This document shows positions 1 to 10,965 of a DNA stretch of 64,000 nucleotides, one piece after another. The stretch covers positions 1 to 64,000 of the forward strand of contig DF237359.1 of the NCBI GenBank assembly GCA_000708835.1, given 5' to 3'. The DNA comes from Klebsormidium nitens. Its lineage: Eukaryota; Plantae; Klebsormidiophyceae. The notes beneath the pieces are model-generated. The model saw only the letters and a program-made list of their open reading frames with translations. It was not told where the DNA came from and searched no databases. The translations under genes were made by a program, and so were the position numbers. Numbering within the stretch: position 1 is the stretch's first letter; the number at the start of each line of letters is the position of its first letter.

Positions 1-384
1 ACCTTGTTACTTGTTTCCATCAGCGCCATAACATAGAGTTCCGGAGAGACGGTGGCCTCTTCGTCATGGTATCAGACAAAATTACATGTCAGTCTCTTAG
101 TGACATACAGTCGTTGCGTTCTTTAGAGAATCCGTTTTGCTTGCATTGCTACGGTCGTACGAGGCTGCATGGCAGCGACGCCTAGCGGCACGACATTGAC
201 CGAGGGATCGATTCAACTCGATCGGGATACTAACGTGTACGTCAGATCTTTAGCTGCCTTTAATGTCCATAGGCTTGATCAGGGCACCCCAAGTGGAGCA
301 CAAGCTTACGATTCAGGAATACAGCGAATCGAAGATGCAAGACATAGTGGTCGACACCATACGTAGGCTGCTCCGTATCATTGT

Positions 385-3300
385 TTATTGTGACTCTTGC
401 GTCCGGCACATGCATTCAGGTATTGGGTTTCCCATAACCTCCACAATTGCCTCGTCCGTTCGAAGGCTTGGACGCCCCACCGGAGTTGTCTCGGCAACAC
501 GCTTTCTGTACGTCTCCCAGTCTAACTCGCGGAAGTTCCAACTTTCCCAATTTGGATACAGCAAAGTTTTGTGGAACCCATTCCAACTCCGATGCCCTGC
601 AAATAACGTAGCATAGGTGGTTGTTTGCCAAGCTCCGCAAAGGAGAGTATCAGCACGGTTACCCGGCCACGCATGCCCCAGTAACACTATGCCAGGAGCA
701 AGCGCCATTAGGAAGCACTCAGAGCGGCAATCAAGCGGAGCAGATAACTTCACACTACTAAGGGCTGCGTCGGCAGTCACAATCGGGGTTTGACCTTTAA
801 AGTGGACGTCCTGGGTTCGTTAGAAACTGGACGGCTGTCCAGTGTACGGACTGGCAGTCGCATGATGCCGGTTGTTTAGCAACTAAAAACGAGTGTGAAG
901 GGCCTAGAAACTGAAATGGATCCGTTGTTCTCAATCGGCGAAGTCAGATCACGACATGATTTACAAACACGCCACCAACCTTGTATTGAGAGTTTCATGA
1001 CGCCGTGGAACGTCAGCGCCACGACGTCAGCTTCCGCGAGCACGCCGAAGTCAATCGCCGCCAGCAGGTTGTTTTTGCCCTTGACCCGGATTTTCTCGTC
1101 CTCGGTTAAAAGGTCCTCCTGCAGAGCATACAAATAGAAGTGGCTTAGAGGAGCCGAGGCTTCACCTTCTTCCTGAATGGACTGTCGTTTCACTCTTACT
1201 TGCCCCTGCAGGAGTCACTCTTCCTTGACACAGCAAACTCGTTTCTAACTAGGTTGTTTCGAAGCAAATAAACACAACTCTTTCAGAACGTTCGGTTATG
1301 TGTCCTGGTTTAAGAACCGAGTCATTCACGGCCTGCGGTTTGCTCATGCCCGTACCCAGGAACAATGACAGACTCCAAGGTGCTGGAAAGTCTGCTTACG
1401 GCGCGCACTTGCGGCGGAAAGAAGCATCGCTCGCTTTTGCAGAAGCTGCGAAAACGCTACCGCAGAAGCCAATCAGAGGGAGTCAAAAGAGAGTCAAGGA
1501 CTATTAGGAAGCAAAGCTCACCTTTTTGAACGTGTTCGGAAACATGTCGAGAAAGGGCGGCAAGAATACGTCCTCATGGTACGCCTTCCCGGAAGCAAGA
1601 TACACCTGCGTGCAGCGACATGTTGATTAGGTTTAAGTATTTGTTAGCGTAAACTGGTCCTGAGGTTCGCTCGAGAGTCGCCTCGCCTTTCTGGAAGCAA
1701 GATACACCTGAACGCAGCAACGGGTTGGTCAGGGTCACAGGTTCCTTTAAGTAAGCGGTGGTTCGTTTGAGTTCCAAATTGACTCGCAAATCTCCAGAGC
1801 TGGTTCCCTCTAGGGGAAAAGGAACTCCTCAGAACAACCAATGCCTTGATAAGGTGGAGTCCTTAAGGTGGAGTCCTGATATCTAAGAAAGAGATGTCTG
1901 CCAGAACTTGACGCTTTGAACGAGAGCAGGCGGCGCTGCGGCAAGGAACGTCCGGACTGCTTACGAAAGGTGGTTCCTATTTGATTCATCAGCTTTTTCC
2001 CAATCAGCTTTTCTCCTCTGGCTTGGGTGAACAGTAGCCGTTCTTCTCTACTAAAAAGTTTCAAAGACTGTTCCTTGCCTCAGGACCTTCCGCATCCAAA
2101 GGCCAAGACTTCAATTCTCTCACACCTGCGTCGACTGGTTGAACCCCAGACATTGCAGCCACTTCCCGATCTCCTCCGGCGTTGGCGGGAAGGACCCAAT
2201 TTCTTACTACTAGAAAAGTTCAGAGACTGTTTCTTGCACAGAACCTTCCCCCCTTTCAAAGCACTTCCCTTCCCAACTCACCTGGGTCGACCGGTTGAAC
2301 TCCAGACCTTGCAGCCACTTCCCGATCTCCTCCAATATGGGGGGCCGGTCAGCCCTTCTCAAATCTGCATCTGAAACCTGCACCAAGAAGCCCCCCCCCT
2401 TCTAAATTGTGGATTTTTTGTCTTACCTGTGTTGACCGGTTGAACCCCAGCCCCTGGAGCCACTTTCCGATTTCCTCCGGCGTCGGGGGGCAGTACCCAT
2501 TCCGTCTCATCAGCTCGTCGGGGCGTGCTTCCGGCCAGTCGCGACGCTTCCGCTCCTCTACCCAGAACGCTTCTTCCTCCGGATCGTCGATGCCATAGTC
2601 GCAACCCGCCTGTAAAGGGGACACGGAGATGACGTCAATATGTGATTATAATGAGCTCACAAGAGAGTGAACGGTTCGTATTTGCGGTTCAGTAGTTTTG
2701 GAGGTTCGCCACACGCAAGCCAAATGCGGGCGAGAAGCGTCAGAGGGATTCCTTCCACTCCTCCATCCAGAACGCTTGTTCCCGGATCATTGATGCCATG
2801 GTCGCAACCCGCCTGCATGCAAATTACAGAAAAAGCTGACGTCAGCAGTTTGTGCTAGGATTCGGCGGACGCGCTGCTGGAGTAGTCACTGGTGTGGCGG
2901 TGTGCTACTGGGAATACGTGTGTGTGGAAAGCGTTGCTTTCGCTCCTTGGCCCAGGACGCTTCTTCCTCCGAATGATTGATGCCAGAGTCGCAACCCGCC
3001 TGCAGAGCGTAATGAGGGAGAGACTGCGTCACGTGACGCGTGAAAGCGTGATTGCACCACTATAAGAACGGCCCACTCGTAGAAAAGTCGCTTTTACAGG
3101 CGTCACGAAAGGTCTGTCGCATAGCCATATGGACACCGGAAAGCGAAGACGCATCTGCCCAAAATTGCAACCGGTGAATGACGCACTTGACACCAGATTT
3201 AGAGGACTTCTTCCCCAGTTCCGTTCACTGACTCGGTGCACGACCATGTCGGCCAAACATCGAAGCGGTAAAAAAGATACCAACTTCCGACATGCGCTGT

Positions 3301-6300
3301 AAGACGCCATGAAAAAGCACGTGAAGCAAAGTCAGAAGCGCACTTGACACCAATCCTGCAAACCAGCCCGGACTCCAGCCTCGCCCATCCACTTGGTGCA
3401 CGACCATGTCGACCTCGAACCTCAGGTGTATCGCCAAAAACACCTGCAAAACCGCTTTCATAGCTACCCCAAAAATCCTGTTGCAAAGCAGATGCAGTAA
3501 CGCTCTTGACACCAAAGCTTCAGAACACCTCTGCCCCCAGTCCCGTTCACTCACTTGGTGCATGACCATGTCGACCTCGAACCGTAGGTGTATCGCCAGA
3601 AACGGCCCCCCTGCCCTTTTCCGCATCCTCGCTTGGAGCGCGTTGGAGATATTTACAACGGTCGGAGAGAAGCGCAGTGCCTGGTACTTGGCGCAACAGC
3701 GGAGTTTCTCGAGGGGGGGGTCGATCACGTGGTTAAGAGCAGCCCACATGCTGTACAAAAACGTCACCTGCACGGAAATGGGTCTTGGTCTCGCTCCAGT
3801 TTTCCTTAGCTGTTCTGCAACAGAGCGGGACTGCAAAGTCGATGAGAAGCGCAGTGCCTGGTATTGGCGCGACAGCGAAGTTTCTTTTTGGGGGGGTCGA
3901 TCACGTGGTTAAGAGCAGCCCACGTGCTGTACAGAAAGGTCACCTGCACGAGATGTGCGCTTTGTCCCGCTCTAATTATTCTCAACCTGTTATTACCGGT
4001 ACAGTGGTTGGAGAGAAGCGCACCGCTTATTTCTTGGCGCAATTGGATTTCCTTGAAAAAGCTACGCTGATGACACGATTAAGAGTAGCCTGTGGGCTAT
4101 ACAGAAAGGTCACCGGCACGACCTTGCGCGTTTGTCTCGCTCTAGGTCGTCTCAGTTTTATTTTCCTGCTGCGCTGCCTTATTTAACACAGAGTTCCACA
4201 GAGGACTCAATCGGTGGCTAAGACCACACGCTGTACAGACGTCACCTGCGGAGAAGGTGCGCTTTGATCTCGCTCTACTTCTTTTCAATTCTTCTCCCGG
4301 CGCTGGCGTTCTCAACTTAGAAACCTCTTAGTGGGGTTTCAATGACGTGATTGAGCATAGCCCGCATGCATCGTCCCAAGTACAGTCTGGACGATTTTGG
4401 CGGCTCTAGTTAACCCCGGCCTTCTGAAGGACTTCGGTCCCAAACATAAGGATAACCAGACTAGACAAGTACTTGAATTGAGAATAGGAATATACAAAGA
4501 TTGATGTTATCGCCTCAAATTACAGGGCGTATTGTGAAGAAAATAAGTCTACTTACATTCCCTAGAAATATCGAATTGATGATGCTAATTCCTACATATA
4601 ACAGAATGGATAATAAGAACAAAAACTACTTACATTCCCGGGTTGGAACGAGTCCCCAAGCACGCTGACGTAATCCGCCGGCAGACCGTCCTGTACTCGG
4701 TCCACGTAGATCCAGTTGTCGGATTCCCGCATCGAAGCGGGAAGCTCGTTCATGGTGACGACGCGAATGTCATTAGAGAGCACTGACTTGAAGTTTTGAA
4801 GGTCGAAGATGGACTCAAAGTCGCTGCAAAGAGAGTACAACGGTTGAAGACGAGCAAAGTGAATGCGGTACTTCAAAATGGATTCAATCTGCAGCGGTGC
4901 GGAAAAGCTCCTTCAGGGTCACGGCTCGGAGAGCGTTGGAAAGAACTGACTTGAACTTTTGCAGGTCAAAGATGGACTCGAAGTCGCTGCAAAAAGAGAG
5001 TATTGGTTGACATTTATCTGGAGGGAGTTTCACATGTTCTCAGAAAGGGCTGGAGGGTCTGTTATGGAGACGACTCGGACGTCGTCCGAAAGAAATAACT
5101 TGAGATTTTGCAGGCAAACATGGAATCGAAGTCGCTGCAAAACAACTATGCCGGTTGGCGACAAGCAAAGGGAGTGCGACATTTGAAAACTTCTTTTGTT
5201 TTACAGCGGCGCGGGAAAGCTCCTTCAGGGTGACTGCTCGGATATTATCGGAGTCCATCTTCGACCTGCAAAACTCCCAAGTCGCTGCAGAGAAAGAAGC
5301 TAGCGGAAGAAAGCGAAGAAAGTGCGCTTCTGGGATCCGGACGGATCCTGAAGCGGTGCAGAGCGTCCGACGAGCCAGGGGATGCGACACAACGGTGTTC
5401 CTAAACATCGAAACCGCTAAGCCGTTTGACCCGATCCCTCCGGCCATCCGTCGACGGAGGTTCCTCTACCGCAGCTGCCGGCGAATTTTCCAAAGAGACC
5501 TTCCGATCCTCGAGGGCCGGACAGGGCGGTTCGTATGGGCGTGCGAATGCGCTCTGAAGCAGTCACTTTCCACGATTCTGTTTTTCGGGAGGTCCATAGG
5601 AGGCGAGAGACTTCCAAATCTTGCAAGTACTTCATTGCGCACAAAGGAAGCTTCCAAAGCGGCGTGACATAGTATCTAGCCAAGGAGAAGACGCCTTCTT
5701 TTACTTTAAGAAGACGTCTTGTTGATCTGTTGAGCGAGCGGGAAGCACTGAAAGGGTTCCAACCAAAGCAGGAAAAAGCGCATCCCTTACGCACCTTCCA
5801 TCTTTCCAAAAAGCATCGGCCCGCATCTCGGGAACGACCAACGTCACGTTCAGGATGCGTGCAATGACAACTGTGTTTGCGATCTGTGGGGGGGAGGGCG
5901 GGTGACGTCAGAAAACAAGAGATGACGTCACGGTGGATCCGGCTACGACAGAAGTAGCTACACTCAGCAGGAGTATGGGAGTGTGCACAGACTGTATCTG
6001 CTAGCCATGAGTAACACAAACCGGTATAAAGTCAGATATCAAGATTCGCATGTGAATTTCTGAGAAATGACGTGAAGATTCGCGTCAGGTTTGGCATCGT
6101 AAAGCAGGGAACGTCAGGTTGGCTTTCCTAAGCAAGTGAAGACGACAAACCTCCCTCATATACGCAAGACTTGTCTAAGTATCGTATTCGCATGATGCAT
6201 GCGGCACCGAGATGCTATCTGGACAGATGATGTCCAGCAAGTCTGATTCAAAAACCGCAAGTTACGTGAGAAGCAAACAGAAAGGAACTCAGGGACCGGA

Positions 6301-9280
6301 TCCTAATCGACGTGTCACACAACAGAGACTTCAGGGACTGGATCCTCTAGATTCTAAATACGGAAAGTGGATTTCACCTCGAAGATTTGCTGGCTCAGGC
6401 CCCCGTCTAGAGCTGGAAACAAGTAGCCTCGAGCCTCTACTGCCGGGGGTGCTGCAAACGAAATGATCAAGACGATATTTAGAGTAGGTCCGCACCTTGG
6501 ACCCGTCAGACACCTGATCGCCCTCCACACAATGTATGGATGAACTATCTGAGAAACTATGCTGTCAAGAGGGGCCATTTCTATTGTGAGCGTTCGAAGT
6601 TCGTTAGCAGGGAACGACAGAGAACAGTTCTTGTCAATCTCATCGGCAACTCCGACAGACTCGGCTGTCTTTTCCACTTTGAACGTAAGAGACTCGAGCA
6701 ACTCGTCACCGGCCATACATCTCCTTTTTGAATCTCAGGAAAAGAAGGCTGCCGTCACAAAGAGCCCCGACGAATCAACAGGCGCTCTTCCACATTGCAA
6801 AAGGATCGCGCCTGCAGGTTTCTATTCGAAGTAGATGACTGAACAACACGGAGAACTACGATTCTCAGAATTCAGCCGGAGGACGCTTTGTTGAGTCTGA
6901 TCAAAGATTGGCGCACGGTAGTTTTATTGCGGGAGCCGGCAAAATGGCGAAACCCGCTTTAAACATGCAGCATGACGCTTGACAATCTTAGTAAAACATT
7001 TTCCACAAGGAAGAAAAGAGAGGAACGAGATTAGGAATTGCCACGTCACCTGCCCAGCTCGGGTCCCGCTCGACGCACTGGTGGTAGCCCTCGTCAGAGA
7101 TTGCGTCATACAGATCGGGCGGACTCTCGAAGACACCCTGTACGACACGAAAGGAAACCTCCTTAACAGTTTGGGTTTTGTCCTGTTCCTGTTTGAAACG
7201 ATGGCGGAACCGAATGCTTAGCTCGATGGATTAAGAGTGCCCTCGCTCAAAACTCCCAAGACGCGGATTGCGCACAGCTTGTATTGAGAGAGCTTTATCA
7301 AGGTCCGCTTAGAGTACGTTGATTGGTCTTTCCAGTAGACAGAAAGCTGAGAAAGTATGGCCACATTGAGACCCAGTTTCATTTAAAAACCGCTTTGAAA
7401 GTTCCCCTCGAACATCTGTAAGCCACATGGTTTGACAGGACCACGGACTGTTTACACGGTCAGCGGCGGTTGCAAAGCGACACAATATTTTCTGCCACAA
7501 TCTCGATGCCACTTTTCATTGCACATACTGATTCTTCCTCAACAGGAAGTAGGCATCTCTTTGCGTCCAGACTTCCACCCCCGTTTCAATAATCACAACG
7601 CATAAAAGTCCGCCCAATTCTGGAAATATCTGGGTTGATTACCCGGCTGATCACAGGCCACCTCCAGCTTTTTACGGAGTCAAAATGCACCGTGCTTTGC
7701 GAACTTCGAACAGCAAACTGAATCACCAATCAAGAACGGAGAGAATAAACAAAACTGCAACAAGAGTATTGTAATAGCTCACCCGCTCAACCCGCAACTG
7801 GCGATCCTTGTCTCCTCGCTCATCATCCAACCCGACCCTTCCAGCTGCTCCTTCGACCTGCTCCCCATTCCTTTCCCCTCTCAACTGAACACCGTCTGTC
7901 AATCGCGTGCCGTCTCTACTTAGTTTGTCCACGCTAGCATGCCTTGAATGCAAATCTGCGGTTTCGTCTGCTGTATCTAACGCTGCGGTGCTATCGAACC
8001 CCTGTTCATCTCCTGAATCGCTTTGCGCGCCTACTCTGCTTTCACTTTGACTTGCTACGCCTTGTACTTGCGCTCGACCTTCTAAATTGTGCTCCAAGTT
8101 AGCCCCTCCTATGTCTCCTCCTTCCGCTTTCAAGCCTCCAGTGGCATCGTTCCCCTCTTCTGCTTCCTTGAAACCTTCCCCCGTTCTTCGCTCGCCTTCG
8201 GCTTCGATTGCTGCCCTCTCTAGTTCTCTCAGAATCCCTAGCTCTTCTCTATCGAACTCTTCAGTTCGGGGCAGCTCCTTATGTGCAAAGAAGAGGCTGT
8301 GCACTTGCTGGGGGGGCCAGTCATCCCAGGGCAGTGTGAATGAGCCCCGGAAGGACTTGATGGGGTATTCAACACCATCCTTTGATAAGAATTTTGCACT
8401 GTCTTGGCCGGGGGTTTTCAGGCTTACTGAGAGCTCATTGCCTATTTGGAATCGGTCCGGATGAGACGTCCCTTGATTTCTGCTGTGCACCTGGCAAAAG
8501 GAGGTTGTTCTTAGACACTTGGCATTGATCGTCATTTGAATACATTCTGACTGCTTTGCCCGTTAGAAAAAGCAGGGTCGGCAAAGGACGCTCAATTGTT
8601 CAAATCAGCGTCTAAGAGCAGGACAAACAGACGTTGTAGGAAAAAGGACTGCATGGCTATGCCACCAGGTTGCAGCTCTTCTGTAATGCTGGGTTAAGGG
8701 TCATTGAGGTTTCATTCATTGACTGTGTGTCACACTGTATCAGTGTACGCTCTACAGTAAAATAGGTGGCTTTGCTGACTTTGGGTCCTTTTTAGCATTC
8801 ATAAAATGCACGAGTAGCATGGACAGGATCGGGCAGCACATACATACTCTAAAAATCGTAAACCCTCATTATTATGGGACCAGAAAGGAAGCAGAGCAAC
8901 TTTCTGATTCAGGAGTCTGCTTGCCAGTTTTCTATGCAGAAGAAAGCAAAGTCTGCACATAGATTTCAGTTTCGACGAGCTTCAGGCAACAACGAAAGCT
9001 ACATCAGGCTCAGAATATTGGCCCTCAAATGACCCCCAAATCCCAGACTGAAAAACATTATCATGAGAGTTATTGATTTCACAACTCCTACCTGCGATGA
9101 CCTGTGCAACCGCACGCTTGTGGCATAGTAGCTCGCGCCACTGCAGAGCACCACCGCGCATACAAACAATATCTGGATTCCCAACCTCCTGCCGCGGGTG
9201 CCCTTTCCGCGCGCTCCCATTTCTCGAAACGTCTCTTTGGCATCACGCCGCAGATCTTCCCCCTTCCCCAGTCTGCTCAT
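385..9280 (-). CDS. O-fucosyltransferase family protein (plant GT65-like/PF10250 type), type II membrane, 11 exons, about 722 aa
   Basis: Exons 9092-9280, 7783-8490, 7050-7137, 6378-6451, 5795-5883, 4634-4823, 3555-3767, 2427-2609, 1522-1605, 980-1118, 385-596. All are GT-AG and phase-consistent (2169 nt). Family motifs in order: GYLFPALDGGLSQQ; IANTVVIARILNVTLVVP..FWKD.SDFESIFD; KLRC..YQALRFS; FLAIHLRFEVDM; CPPTPEEIG; VYLASG; LAAIDFGV; GHR; NPIPECMC. N-terminal signal anchor (LGIQILFVCAVVLCSG) and long acidic stem. Confidence 0.9.
1640..1720 (-). repeat. Intronic echo of the acceptor and start of O-FucT exon 1522-1605
   Basis: GGAAGCAAGATACACCTG occurs at both 1590 and 1693 (103 bp apart). 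Confidence 0.75.
2035..2345 (-). repeat. Two donor-side echoes of the 3' end of O-FucT exon 2427-2609
   Basis: (C/G)AGCCACTT(T/C)CCGAT(T/C)TCCTCC at 2457 (real), 2312 and 2156. The flanking intron sequence is also duplicated (about 2040-2090 vs about 2200-2250). Confidence 0.85.
2730..3010 (-). repeat. Two acceptor-side echoes of O-FucT exon 2427-2609
   Basis: GTCGCAACCCGCCTG at 2598 (real), 2801 and 2988, preceded in each case by a GAACGCTT.TTCC-like sequence. Confidence 0.85.
3180..3480 (-). repeat. Two donor-side echoes of O-FucT exon 3555-3767 (AIHLRFEVDMV.HQ)
   Basis: CTTGACACCA at 3505, 3343 and 3186; GACCATGTCG(A/G)CC in all three units. Confidence 0.88.
3800..4435 (-). repeat. Three to four acceptor-side echoes of O-FucT exon 3555-3767 (VTFLYS.WAALNHVIDPP..KLRC)
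   Basis: Acceptor anchor CACC(T/G)G at 3765 (real), 3941, 4111 and 4243, with a weaker copy near 4310-4430. GAGAAGCGCA and ATCACGTGGTTAAGAG are shared by the nearer copies. Confidence 0.85.
4890..5300 (-). repeat. Three acceptor-side echoes of O-FucT exon 4634-4823 (SDFESIFDLQ)
   Basis: GTCGCTGCA at 4820 (real), 4983, 5131 and 5281, with AAGATGGACTC-like cores. Confidence 0.88.
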
Positions 9281-10965
9281 TGTTCTCTCAGCAGCTGCTC
9301 ATTTGTGATGCCAAGGATTCAACTCAGCTGAAGAACCGCATCACTTGAGCAAGTCTGCAGTGACGACATGTAAAGCTCTTACAGAAAAGGTGAGAAATAA
9401 AGAGAAGCATCACAACCGGAACTCGGAAAAGGGTTGGAAAGGATTGTGAACCACAATGCTGCTGAAGACGTCGTTCCTTTCAGCTTCCTGTTGACAACCT
9501 TGTGACAAGGCTCTCCTCGGCTTTTGAAACATTGAACAGCTGCTCACCGCAATGCTCCATTTTGAATGTGAAGACAGCGATCGATAAGCAGCCAGGTGGC
9601 AACCTGTGAGGTCGAGATAGGCACTTTTGGGCTTTTTCAAACTCCATGTAAGACGCAAACCGTCCGATAACCCTTTTTAGGTCTGTAGAAGAGCGCGAAC
9701 GTCGATCGATCTTAAAAAGAAGCTGGGCTAGGGTACCTTGCTTTGATACATTCGAGATTACTCGCCAGCCCTAGATTGGTCAAAATTGCAAAGCGATGAT
9801 TAGCCTTTAACCTAAAACCTAACCAAGAAGAAGATACGACAAAAGCATTGCGTCATTCGCTGACCTTAAGTGCCAAGTGTCAGCGGCTAAGCCTTTCCGG
9901 ATCAGGCGGCAGGCCGTTCTCGGTCAGTTGTTCCTGGCATTGTTCTCAGCGACTGATTGGCATGGGATAACCACCTATTGTCGCTGAAAATCGATGGCGG
10001 TGACTCTATACCGGGCTGTCACTTACACCAAAACCTCAAATATTGACTCACAGATTCCTCCCAGCTGTGTCACAGTGTCATGACGTCCTTCGCCCGCCGG
10101 TGCAACTGCGACAAGTGTCGGGCCCGCGGGGCCTCTCTGCGCTTTGAAGATTCTGCTGGGTAACTGAACCTTATATTCAGTTATAAAAGCGCATGATGAG
10201 CACTGTCAATGATCTGCTTTCTCTTCTCGTTTTGTCTTGCTCTGCACCGTATGTATGTACCAGCTGTGAGAAAACGTAGACACTGTAGACAACACGGACC
10301 ATGATGATAAAGTTGCTTGAAAGGTGAATCTGTGCAGATGACTTGCGGATGCGCTGCATTCCAAAATTCACCTTTTTGTCGTGTCTGGGCGCTCAATCTC
10401 CTGGCGCCACTTCAGCGACCTCGGCTCCATGATGATGCATGTGAAGAAAGCCGAGGTCGAAGGAGCCAATCGAAGGCGGCCGTTCAGACTTCAGGGTTCC
10501 GGCAATCATCATTCATATCCGAGGAGCGCGTATTGCCGCCAGATCTCTTGACCGCGCTAGGGTGGTTGACAGAGCCTCGGCAGCACAATTTGCTAATAGA
10601 AGTTCAGCTGCAAGATTCCGTACAATGCTGCCGTTATCACACACTTTGCTTTAGCATTTGCAAGCTGCCCCGATCAGTTTTGCAATGGATGATCAAGATT
10701 GGCCGTTCTGGTCTGATTCAAATGGCGAAATTGACCGGTTCTCCTGGATGAGAAGTGAGAATGTGGGGTTGAGAATCTGCTGGAGAGGTGCGAAAAGGAA
10801 AGGAGCTCCAAACTTCAAAGCCACTTTTCATATTCATTTCACGTTTCCCAACAACCACTTCTACCACGCCCAATCCCACATTCTCCATTTGCAAACCAGG
10901 TCGAAGCTCCACATTCAGAAGCTTCCCAATCAGTCCCTTCCCTACCCCTCCCCCACATTGCCACC

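Noticed and set aside
3225-3836. 203-aa ORF with the AIHLRFEVDMV motif twice, as a genuine internal protein repeat
   Set aside because: It is the real exon read through a canonical donor (3554) into its intronic echo. The spliced model gives a normal O-FucT.
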